Virus record (IMG/VR): IMGVR_UViG_3300024999_000087
Source: an uncultured virus (IMG/VR IMGVR_UViG_3300024999_000087)
Taxonomy: Duplodnaviria > Heunggongvirae > Uroviricota > Caudoviricetes
Length of the DNA: 64,000 bases
Direction: 5' to 3' (one strand)
Part shown: positions 39,801-47,255 of the stretch, one piece after another
How positions within the stretch are numbered: position 1 is the first letter of the stretch
How the letters are laid out: every line of letters begins with the position of its first letter
Translations under genes and position numbers: made by a program
The notes under the pieces: model-generated
What the model was told of the DNA's origin: nothing
Databases searched by the model: none
Seen by the model: the letters and a program-made list of their open reading frames with translations, nothing else

Positions 39801-42222
39801 CGTTCATTTTTCCGCTTACTTCAAAACTCGATTGCCCTCCAAGCTCAGGATTCACACGACCATTGATAATGTTTGGCGTTTTATTCGCCCAATCGTTTAG
39901 ATCATTCCTGGTCTTTTTCGCCTCAGCGGCCAGTTCCTTGTCGGAAAGATTGCCAAGATTTTTCACATACGGTTTTATAGCATCGCGGGCAGACAGCCAT
40001 GGATAATCTTTTAAAACCTTCGGCGATATTTTTTCACCACGATTATATGCTTCTTCTACAGAGTCCCGGTGAGAGCCTGAACCACTTGGGGCAGAGAAGG
40101 AAATATCCCCGCCATTTTTTGCATATTCTTCCCTGCTCATCTGCCAAGGCTCTTTTACACCCACCATCTCCCCACTTTCCTCAACCTTGGGAGTTAATGG
40201 GTTGGTTGGTGCGCTTATTCCAGCGTTCTTGTGGTACTGTGCAAGCGCTTCCGTTACAGTTTTCTTGGTATCGTAATCGCTGCCATTTGAAGCGTAATAT
40301 CCATCAGAAACTACTCGACCATTTTTACCCATGCGAGATGCGCTGATAATCATCCCCTTATCAAGCGCCTCTTTGCCAGATACCCCGAACCTCTCTCTAT
40401 TATCACCGTTGCCAAAGACCCCTTTTGTTGCTGCAATTACTTCCTTTTTCGCTTCTTTACTAGCAACCTTTTCGGTCCAATCCTTGTCCAATTTTTCAAG
40501 TCTTTTCTTGGCAACACTAACTACTTCGTCTGAATATTGTGCAAGACCGGGGACGTATTTGTATATCTCTCCACTTTCTATTCCAGAAAGGATAGATTTA
40601 ACATCACTTTCAGGCAGAACATTTTCCAACCTATAAAACCAGTCAGAAATTTCTTTTGGTTTGTCGTTTTCGACATTGCCCGGGGATATGGCGGATTCGA
40701 CATTGACCATCTCAGGACCAGATGTGCCGCCAGCATCCCGCAAGTTCCCCGTAACTGGTGCTTCCTGATACTGTGCGCCTGCCGACTCTCGGAGATTGCC
40801 CGTAACCTCAGCGCCAGCGTATGCGCTACCAGCAGCGTTGCGGACGGAGCCGGGTGAGGCGGATGGGTTGCGGGGGGGGATGGTGTCAGTTGTCCGGGTG
40901 GCCTCTGGTTCCGCCTGCTGATGCTCAGGCTGGATAGGCGTAGGATAGTATCGGTCGTCAACCTTCTTGACCTCGTAAGTCTCCTTCGTGCCGCCGAGTC
41001 GCTTAATCTCTTTGTTCGCACCGGAGACAGTCTTGTATCCCTTAGAAGGCTCTACTTGCCCCTGTGCGGTGTTTTCAGGCTGAAGGGTATCAGTGGCCGC
41101 GTTGACCTCCGGTTGTGCCGTGGGGGTATCCTCAGTGGCCTGAATCTGTGCGTTAGGCAATTCCTGTACTGGGGGTTCAATTGCCGGTTGGGGTATACTC
41201 TCAAGCGGGGGAGGCTGGGCAAATGATATCTCCGTGCCCGCCGCCGTGTTGCGAAGTGACTCAGGGGATTGGCTGCTCTGCCGTGCGCCTAGTGCCGGGG
41301 TGGTACGTGTGGCTTGGAGTGCTTTGCCTATCGGGCCGGAGGGGGGGGGGTGTGCCGGTTCCTCGCTTGGCATGTTCCGCGAAATTCCGCCCATTGCGCC
41401 ACCGAGTACGCCGCCGCCGACAGCACCCATCACGCCGCCGAATCCAGTTTCACTCAAACTCTCTGAGGTCAGTGGGTTGTCACCTGATGCAATCTGTTCA
41501 ACGGGACTCTGTACCAGTTCCTCAGCACCCTCAACCGCCGAACCTTCCAATGCGCCTCTTCCGATAGCCTTGGGTAAAGTCGTTGCGGCAAACTTCTCAG
41601 CCAGTTTAGCCCTGCCCTCTTTCGTCATCGCGGCAAGTGCCCAGTTCTGCGGGCCAAACTTGGTTTCTATCAGACCGACCGTACCGGCACCCAATGCGGC
41701 AATAGCCTTCGACTTAGCCGATTCCTGCGCCGTAGGATCGTTGATTATCTGCTTATCCCTGATACCGCCGAACGATGGGAGTGCTGCAATAGCCATAGGA
41801 CCGAGCCATGAAATAGCCTGACCAGCACCAGCGACTACCGGGGCGAGAGGGCCAGCGGCAGGAGAAAGAGCGGTGATGCCCTGTCCCAATGCACGGACCC
41901 CGAGCATCCCGGCCATTGACCCGCCAGCATTACCGACAGCCTCTTTAACCGTAGTCCAAGGCTTATCTGCGATATCGGAGAACCCTTGTACCGCTGTGGG
42001 ATTGGCATCAATGACAGACTGGCCGTATTGCTTGACTGCGTTGTCGGTGCCGATACCGGGGATGAAGTCAGCGGCGGCTTGACCGGCACCTTTGATGGTC
42101 GCGCCTAGTGCCTGCTTTGCAGATGCCTTGAATCCGCCTTCGGGTTTTACGTCAAAGATGTCATCAAACGCTCCAGCCTCGTCGCTCTTTACGCCAAATA
42201 TATCATCAAAATCGTTTGCCAT
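33817..42222 (-). CDS. Giant polyvalent internal virion/ejection protein (2801 aa)
   Basis: Gly/Ala-rich N-terminus; HELAH and HESQH zincin motifs; ART-PolyVal-like domain (FKKWFDGSKIVDEDGAPLVLYHAT...GYDG...VAFDPTQIKS); LPD23-like IWRDTGW...W.YEIDDS. Confidence 0.85.
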   Translation of the reverse strand: MANDFDDIFGVKSDEAGAFDDIFDVKPEGGFKASAKQALGATIKGAGQAAADFIPGIGTDNAVKQYGQSVIDANPTAVQGFSDIADKPWTTVKEAVGNAGGSMAGMLGVRALGQGITALSPAAGPLAPVVAGAGQAISWLGPMAIAALPSFGGIRDKQIINDPTAQESAKSKAIAALGAGTVGLIETKFGPQNWALAAMTKEGRAKLAEKFAATTLPKAIGRGALEGSAVEGAEELVQSPVEQIASGDNPLTSESLSETGFGGVMGAVGGGVLGGAMGGISRNMPSEEPAHPPPSGPIGKALQATRTTPALGARQSSQSPESLRNTAAGTEISFAQPPPLESIPQPAIEPPVQELPNAQIQATEDTPTAQPEVNAATDTLQPENTAQGQVEPSKGYKTVSGANKEIKRLGGTKETYEVKKVDDRYYPTPIQPEHQQAEPEATRTTDTIPPRNPSASPGSVRNAAGSAYAGAEVTGNLRESAGAQYQEAPVTGNLRDAGGTSGPEMVNVESAISPGNVENDKPKEISDWFYRLENVLPESDVKSILSGIESGEIYKYVPGLAQYSDEVVSVAKKRLEKLDKDWTEKVASKEAKKEVIAATKGVFGNGDNRERFGVSGKEALDKGMIISASRMGKNGRVVSDGYYASNGSDYDTKKTVTEALAQYHKNAGISAPTNPLTPKVEESGEMVGVKEPWQMSREEYAKNGGDISFSAPSGSGSHRDSVEEAYNRGEKISPKVLKDYPWLSARDAIKPYVKNLGNLSDKELAAEAKKTRNDLNDWANKTPNIINGRVNPELGGQSSFEVSGKMNAVDREIEARKTRQDVTTSAQVVHADTDINAGNVGVDMQGASSAAQEVTESVTSGASPQPSSEKTAPVQPSPPKADEQAAGVNTEYEERERKTHIVADRTKIGNDAKKANMLEAIAEARKQVPPAAPADGFENAKTIAWPKQRTSQGRKWYSLIGDYDLVSDKRGNKWQLYRHEGHVESGFEEKIGEAYDDLNSAKSFAEQYLLGRAKPEGLPHIFKNAGKTYQFEVPNSAYHLDNFEKKVRGAGGIKYSQAAAYFAPETEAFDIINASDTIPPDGRRTDLTPGQRRVVAALEQSGGIDTSLFNPLGLEVNNEQIEIARDLEKVIGDERKVTPWRLPDTLAKKHRSGRVHMGGVPRSDFESAERLAEIFGRKIVWANLGDVFSTNGLIVPNNKLSEYIFIDPRTGIAPHTVYGHELAHHLETSHPQQYQDLYDIVSPLLKDVDKYRDKISFTGNDINLRREIIADLLGDSFDNPSFWNEVAAQSPRKFRKIAAKIRAWIDSLIAKFSARGFGSEQYVTDLKATRKALAKLMVQTMSEKGRAELASGKAGVNSFAQDAKMSLSSAMRKIQNMAAFKKWFDGSKIVDEDGAPLVLYHATRADFNHFEQVPGSDIGFHFGSSPQANGRIESTRGLNHVAGKGKASEYGERLIPVFLAIKNPLRVEDPGYFGVAELLPQLESKGIDLDYVTTPQRLITALKYAGYDGFVYKNENNDEGEGDSYVAFDPTQIKSIFNQTWNPTNPDILASFAGPQAKQADTSALSRAKAMQKSGEARRKIWRDTGWYEIIPGKGQWSYEIDDSLSSVKMKDGYLEDVLTHPKLYADYPQLAKVRVRFEDMGATKRGSFDENKRIVRINSSLPSKEQRSTLTHESQHIIQTEEGFAKGSNPFDKSLPTDTELAERINKRYREQEEKIKQSAEYKKFIDNFVKDFKGERYVASKRTGVKYDKAMNEAEFAAYGEFFLELDEKRALDVIKLLDNASGYTGDRVTSYLTQTGEAESRLVQARLDLTPAQRKAIPPWVTLRRMLEKEGLLKPGQKVEDVLVSGVDKNGQNDTMMSMSRREIADKTKSFRAMGAEVIDGKIILYRGANVSKSVIKKLRYGDFLSATESGKDATGNEGAGGYGKNVVRFELPISDVEISNGEFQYKGESSSLKGGSKYPREIYKAYNDVYGSNYTAQEIDAQDNVRSVASQGLRDGRDEFDKLVAKHNRTSPNIMEDAGDIRYSKSYTASATPNSEEAYAQNRAYAVNRKAEAIRSVKSVGRQVVAGVDKFLGAVSTRLGNINPKLRAKVRELDFAIGTGHSKDVKAVQGLLNKAKKMSRGDFADWDLARKNSDADKINELVAKYRMENEYAAYRETLKRIRDESIAVGRDVGFIEDYSPRIIKDSRGFLDAIGKGPERANISDALKKRAKEMGITVADMTPEMQADIVANLILGGGTGLYAPSNTKERKIKSIPPELNRYYMGSDAALVSYLHSMRKDIEARRFFGRMPENVSEAKKALHQAQAKLREIQASENPDEQRMQDIRDNIDSYQAILDRYKTQSDYNDNIATYIIDLLKTGEIDGSQEQEVTNILKARFHEAGTRGLVQAYKNLSYIDTMGSFTSAITQIGDFAWTAYAYGLPSAIKHAYKSVAKQSRITKEDVGIERIAQEFADAGTLSNVVNKVFKAVQLERMDAIGKESLLNAALEKYEKRAVSEPDKLRAEIDHIFEEETDSVIIDLQNKAITDNVKLLVYSRLLDFQPAALSEMSEQYLKAGNGRLFYMLKSYTLKQFDVYRNEAYNKIKTGERNQVIEGIRNLAYLSMMLVLANAGADELKDLLLSRETSLEDRTVDNVLRLFGVSKFVTWKARTEGVGSAIAKQILPPFKFIDSAGRDIMSAGDGKGLKSLDSIPIVGKLAYWHMGRGAKSNEELWNGRLAKERSKLRDIKERVEADRTLLPKYRADLMRLKRIDRLQGQLNKRRKIVNRLKNLEKTTGRDYSKRIDDIEKRRTAMIQAFLS

Positions 42223-42266
42223 TTATTGCGCCTTTGATTTGTGTTTTGAATAACTTAGTTGCGATG

Positions 42267-42340
42267 ATTATAACATATATTTGGAGCAATTGCAACGGAA
42301 ACATTTATTGCTTGAATGATTCCCCATGTTATGCGATACT
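42267..42340. promoter_or_regulatory. Divergent promoter pair (giant gene / small membrane gene)
   Basis: Minus TTGCAA-17-TATAAT (42295-42267); plus TTGAAT-17-GATACT with TGn (42312-42340). Confidence 0.65.
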
Positions 42341-42356
42341 TCAGCAGGAGGTCGAT

Positions 42357-42599
42357 ATGAAAAACAACACACTTTATGCCTGTGCCGCCATCGTTCTGGC
42401 AGCAGTTGGGATATACTATTACAACCAACCGAGGACGTATGAAGATTGCCTACTGGCAAACATGGACGGTGCCGAAACTACACAGGCCGCTCTATTCATT
42501 AGAGCAGCCTGCCAGAAGAAATTCCCCGAGTCATTCAAAGCCACACAAGCGAAATACCCTGAAGGTGCCTTTGATGACATTTTCTTTCCGAAAGACTAA
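42357..42599 (+). CDS. 80-aa membrane-anchored moron-like protein ending in GAFDDIF
   Basis: AGGAGG RBS, own promoter, N-terminal TM helix, two Cys in the soluble domain, opposite strand to the virion operon. Confidence 0.8.
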   Translation: MKNNTLYACAAIVLAAVGIYYYNQPRTYEDCLLANMDGAETTQAALFIRAACQKKFPESFKATQAKYPEGAFDDIFFPKD

Positions 42600-44005
42600 A
42601 TAGCCATCTGCGCCAACCGCTCCCGTATCTTCGCTATCATCTCCTGTTGCTTCTCAGGAGTTGCCGCGTCGAATGCCGCTTTGTACTTGGGGTTTCCGTT
42701 GATGATACCTATCTCTGACATTGCCCCCTCGCCGCCAATCTCCACAGCCCCACCAGGATTGTCAGGGTCTACTGCGTAGGGTACTTCTGTCGTGATGCCG
42801 GTTATCGGATCGGTGGTCTTCCTCGTTGTCACGGTAGCCTTCGTGTCTTTCCCCTGCATTGCCAGTATCTGAGACTTGAGTATATTACGCTCTACTGGAT
42901 CTTTTGAGGCAATGAGCCTATCCTGCAAATCGTTGAGTTGCTGTTTCCCGGCAAGGTCTAACTCTGCCCCCTTGGTCTGCGCTCCACGTAAGGCATTCTC
43001 GCCAGTTACATTTATAGCGTCAATGGCATTCCTCTCTCTTGCAGCCGCTGACACTAAATCCTGGCCCCTTACGTTGGTCATGTTCCTTTCGTCTTCTTGC
43101 CTGATGCCTGCCTCTACCTTCTCCCTGCCCATCCGCTGACGGTCAACAATCATCTCGCCAATTGTCTGAGGTTGTGGTGTTTCATTCTTAATCGGTCTTG
43201 CTCCGAAGAACTGCCCTCGCGGGGTGTTCTGGTATGCCTCGTATCGTGCCATCTGTGCAGTCGGGGCAACGGGTTGAGCCATGAATGCTTTCCTTGCGCC
43301 GAGTGACACACTGGGGTCAAAGGATACGTCAAGGCTTGACCTCTTGTCTTGTCTTGCCCCAAGCATCTCCCCCGGTGCCCTAACGGGTTTGTCAATCGGC
43401 ACCCCGTCTTTTGTCCATGCTGTTTTTCCGCCCCTGAGAGAAATCATTTCCCCGGTCTGAGAATCCTTTATCCAACCCTCGTCTGCTTTTAGAGGCTCTT
43501 GCTGGACCGCTTGTTTCGGCTGGAAGGTGTTTTCCCCCGGCAACAAAACATCGTCAGGCTGCAACTTCGGCAACGACTGTACTGGTTCAGTGTTTACGAT
43601 ATTCTTCCTTTCCGCTTCCGGCACAACCTCGCCAGTTACCGCAGTCCTGACCAGATTTGCACCCGCGTTAATGGGAACACCAAGGAGCCTGTTTGTTGGA
43701 TCAATCACTCCCCTTTTAATGAACTGTCCAGTAGCAGAAGCGATATCCCCCGGCGCTCTCCTGGCAATTACGCCTAGCCCGCTTGAAACGCCACCTTTCG
43801 CCATTGCTTCGCTTGCCAGCCTGCCAGTCTCCGCACCCCGCACTCCACCGGGAATGGATTCAGCAGAAGGCATAGGCACTTGAGCGTTTGCGCCTGCCGG
43901 TCTGCTTGCAGTTTTCAGCGCACCGGCACTCGGCATAGTCCCGCCACGCATGGCAACTGTCCCTGTGCCAAGGTGGGGATATTTTCTTTTCTTATCTTCG
44001 GCCAT
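42596..44005 (-). CDS. Putative ejection/internal virion protein
   Basis: Position before giant protein; low-complexity helical; TNVRGQDL motif. Confidence 0.55.
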   Translation of the reverse strand: MAEDKKRKYPHLGTGTVAMRGGTMPSAGALKTASRPAGANAQVPMPSAESIPGGVRGAETGRLASEAMAKGGVSSGLGVIARRAPGDIASATGQFIKRGVIDPTNRLLGVPINAGANLVRTAVTGEVVPEAERKNIVNTEPVQSLPKLQPDDVLLPGENTFQPKQAVQQEPLKADEGWIKDSQTGEMISLRGGKTAWTKDGVPIDKPVRAPGEMLGARQDKRSSLDVSFDPSVSLGARKAFMAQPVAPTAQMARYEAYQNTPRGQFFGARPIKNETPQPQTIGEMIVDRQRMGREKVEAGIRQEDERNMTNVRGQDLVSAAARERNAIDAINVTGENALRGAQTKGAELDLAGKQQLNDLQDRLIASKDPVERNILKSQILAMQGKDTKATVTTRKTTDPITGITTEVPYAVDPDNPGGAVEIGGEGAMSEIGIINGNPKYKAAFDAATPEKQQEMIAKIRERLAQMAI

Positions 44006-44016
44006 ATCAATTCTCC

Positions 44017-44985
44017 TTATGCAAACGTGCTTTGTGCGGAAGAAACTACGCTATTCAGTGAGGCGAGTGCTGCCTGTGCCGTCTTGCCGAATACATCAGC
44101 GGCGGCGGCAAGTGCCTGGACCTTGACGCTATCGTTGTCTGTCGCATTCGTCCGACGATGTTTGTAAATGTCAATCCCTGCCTCAAGTTCCGCAAGTTTC
44201 GACTGCAAGACCATTTGGTCACGGTTCTGTCTTGCCCTGTACCAGTCAGCCGCTGCACTCATCATTTTCGCCTTGATATCGGTATTCAGTGCTGCGATTC
44301 TTGCCGCTGCGTCTGGTGCTACCGCCAGTGCCCTGATATAATCGACTGCCGCCTGCATTGCCGCAATGCGAGACTCAAGGGCTTTGCCAATGGCAAACTT
44401 GATTGTCTCGATTTCGATCTCAAGTTGTTTAGCTGCCATTGAGGTAGAGGCAATGCCGATCTTCCCGGCTTGCTCGTAGTCAACCCGCTCCATCTTTCTT
44501 AACATAGATCCGGCAGGAAGCATGATGCCTTTTGCGGAATACCCTGTGACAATCTCAGCCTTAACCCTTGCCCCATCTGCAATGTGCCGCTCTCTGTCAC
44601 GCTGCCATACCGCATCCTCAATAGCAGAATTAATGCCGGTGCCGCCATTGGTGATCGTATTTACCAGCCAAGTCGTAGCCTCGTCAAATGCATCGTTCGC
44701 CAATGGGTAGTAGGTGGCGAAGAACCCGGCGAGTTGGTTTGACAACAGCGCAATCAATGCGTCACGTTCTGCCTGGTAGTCATACTTTGAGTCTGCCGCT
44801 GTCGGTATTTCAGGTTCTTTCGCCTCAACGATGAACCCTGTTGCTGAGGTTGGTGGGGTAAGGTAAACCCCTGCGTTGACCCTGATAAGGTCTTCTGCCG
44901 CATCAGCCGCCGCTCCTGTATGCTCTGTCGCTGTGGCGAGTGCGTTGGTAATTACTTGGTCGATGAACTCTGATGCTTCAGACAT
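44017..44985 (-). CDS. Putative internal virion protein
   Basis: Ala-rich helical protein in ejection-gene position. Confidence 0.55.
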   Translation of the reverse strand: MSEASEFIDQVITNALATATEHTGAAADAAEDLIRVNAGVYLTPPTSATGFIVEAKEPEIPTAADSKYDYQAERDALIALLSNQLAGFFATYYPLANDAFDEATTWLVNTITNGGTGINSAIEDAVWQRDRERHIADGARVKAEIVTGYSAKGIMLPAGSMLRKMERVDYEQAGKIGIASTSMAAKQLEIEIETIKFAIGKALESRIAAMQAAVDYIRALAVAPDAAARIAALNTDIKAKMMSAAADWYRARQNRDQMVLQSKLAELEAGIDIYKHRRTNATDNDSVKVQALAAAADVFGKTAQAALASLNSVVSSAQSTFA

Positions 44986-46842
44986 TTATATTTTCCTCGA
45001 CAGTGCGACAGGCTCAAATGATATCGAATCAAGATCAATATCAGACCCATTCTGATTGAGTAAAGTGAAATTGAAATAGTTCCCGGTAAGCCCCTTGCCA
45101 ATGTCAATGCGGTGATTCTTTATGTCTGTGCTGGAACTCCGTGCCTCGTAAGTGTAGGCTTGCCCGTCAGCGTCAACCTTGAGATATACCTTGCTGTCTG
45201 AACTGACCCCGACATAGACATTGATAACCCGTTTCTTCTGCTGGATTCCATAACTTGAACGGCCAAAATCAACCAGTGCGTCAATATCTTCGCCTGCGTC
45301 GTCATCACCATCCAGCCGGTAAATCCCATCGTCAGCGACCCCGTAGTATTGCCCATCCCGCTCAAAGTATGAGTTAAAGCCGTAGTCGTCGTACTGGCTT
45401 GATGCCCCGGTGTCCATATTGACGACCCATACGCGGGAAGTCTGGTCAAGGATGGCAGAGGTTCCAAGACCGGCAACCATCGTGTCTATCGTGGAGACAG
45501 TTTCAGACAAAGGCGCGGTGAAGGTGCCAATCACCGTGTAAGAGTCGGAGGCGGTTATCTGCTCAAGGATCGAGGCAATGGCAATTCTCGTTGCCGAGAT
45601 GGTGTCAACTATCGTGCCTACGTTGTTGATAAAAACGATATGCTCAACTATAGTCTTGGAAGCGTCAAGAGCATACACACGTTCTATTAGATACTTCGTC
45701 CCGGTTGGCGGGCCTTCAAACATCATGCCCCATCTTACTGGGAAGGTCGCGCTTAGCTCTCCATACTCCGCTTCCTCAAAAATCCTTGCGACGAGTGCTG
45801 GAAAGTCGGCGTTAATTTCCCCTCTGCCGATTGTCGTCGTGGTCATCGAACAAACGAGTGCCGGGAACATTGCGAAGATAAATTCAGGCGTTGCCGGGGC
45901 AAAGGCAAATTCCTCAAAGTACGCAGTGAGTGCCGGAAAGGTCATATTAATCGCTCCGTACCCATCAACAGTCTCAAACATCTGGCATCCGAACGCCGGA
46001 AAGTTTGCCCTGATATAATCTGACGAACTCCTGGCGTACAGTGTGCCAACACCCGAACAGGTTGCCGTTGTCTTCTGGTATGTGAGTGACCCGATTCCTT
46101 CAAGAAATGCCTTGCATGTTCCGCCTTGTAAAAGTCCTGTGCCGCTCATCGTTGCCGTGCCGGTGGAAAGAACTTCCCCATCCTCAAATGAGGCGGCGGT
46201 TACTTTATCACCGCTGGAATAAAGGTATCCGTAGGCGTAAAGGTCGATGAACTCAGGGACAGGTGAAGGCGTTGTGCTGTGATAAACAACAGTCTCGGTG
46301 CCAGTGACCACCGCATAGACAATTGTGTTATTCTCCTGCCGGTAAATCCTGAACTCTGAGTCAAAACTCGGCACACTTCGCAGGCTTGCCTTGAACACCC
46401 CATTTTCGTAGACATGCACTCCTGTTATGTCTATCGCCATGCCATGCGAGAATTGAGTAATTGCCAGCCCATCCATCCTGGCAGGGCCGATCATCATGCA
46501 GGCACCGGAGATATCCCCTACGGTAAATCTCAGATATGAATTGAAAGGTGATATGCTCCTTGCGGTAGTATCCCAACCACTTGATAGAAGCACGGCGGTT
46601 TCCAGATTAGATATAACAACTGTTGATGGGACAGCAGTAGTATCCTGCGAAGGAGTTGTGGTAACGACTGTTGCTGTTGTTGTGGTAGTCGGAGATGTCC
46701 CAACCACACCTATAGGGACATAGACAGGGGCTCCGTCAGAAGATATTATATAGGGATTGGAGAAGTCTGCTGAACCACCGCTGTACCCACCACCAAGAAC
46801 AATGTCGGTTAGGGAGTCCCCGCCAGTATAGGTCAGGCTCAT
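44986..46842 (-). CDS. Virion structural (tail) protein
   Basis: Internal FPA repeats; C-terminal WVVN..TGA.S.Y..Y.FNS domain. Confidence 0.6.
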   Translation of the reverse strand: MSLTYTGGDSLTDIVLGGGYSGGSADFSNPYIISSDGAPVYVPIGVVGTSPTTTTTATVVTTTPSQDTTAVPSTVVISNLETAVLLSSGWDTTARSISPFNSYLRFTVGDISGACMMIGPARMDGLAITQFSHGMAIDITGVHVYENGVFKASLRSVPSFDSEFRIYRQENNTIVYAVVTGTETVVYHSTTPSPVPEFIDLYAYGYLYSSGDKVTAASFEDGEVLSTGTATMSGTGLLQGGTCKAFLEGIGSLTYQKTTATCSGVGTLYARSSSDYIRANFPAFGCQMFETVDGYGAINMTFPALTAYFEEFAFAPATPEFIFAMFPALVCSMTTTTIGRGEINADFPALVARIFEEAEYGELSATFPVRWGMMFEGPPTGTKYLIERVYALDASKTIVEHIVFINNVGTIVDTISATRIAIASILEQITASDSYTVIGTFTAPLSETVSTIDTMVAGLGTSAILDQTSRVWVVNMDTGASSQYDDYGFNSYFERDGQYYGVADDGIYRLDGDDDAGEDIDALVDFGRSSYGIQQKKRVINVYVGVSSDSKVYLKVDADGQAYTYEARSSSTDIKNHRIDIGKGLTGNYFNFTLLNQNGSDIDLDSISFEPVALSRKI

Positions 46843-47255
46843 ATCAGCACCTCCTGAGTCGGGTAATTGGTCGAGTCATAGCCAACGAAGACGTAGAAAC
46901 CAAGTCCACTTACCCCGTACCATGAGGCAATGTAATTACCACCAGTCCAAACATAGAGCGGCTTGCCCCAGTCTTGATAAAGTTTCTGGATAAATAAGGT
47001 AGTCTTCATTGGCTCCGCTGCCCAGCCAAACAATGTATCTTTCAGAAACGCGACTTCTGATGCTGTTGCAACTCTGATGTCAATGGCAAGGGTGGTGGTC
47101 GATTCAGTCGGATATGTTTGAATGACGGGCAGGGCATCACCAACATATTCTCCAACCGGGTACTCGACTACTGATACCGACCCTTCGGAAGATATAGTGC
47201 TGCCTGTGCCAGCCTGGACAACTATATATCGCCAATCTTTTGAAAGTATGCTCAT
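46839..47255 (-). CDS. hypothetical tail-region protein
   Basis: Operon packing. Confidence 0.5.
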   Translation of the reverse strand: MSILSKDWRYIVVQAGTGSTISSEGSVSVVEYPVGEYVGDALPVIQTYPTESTTTLAIDIRVATASEVAFLKDTLFGWAAEPMKTTLFIQKLYQDWGKPLYVWTGGNYIASWYGVSGLGFYVFVGYDSTNYPTQEVLI

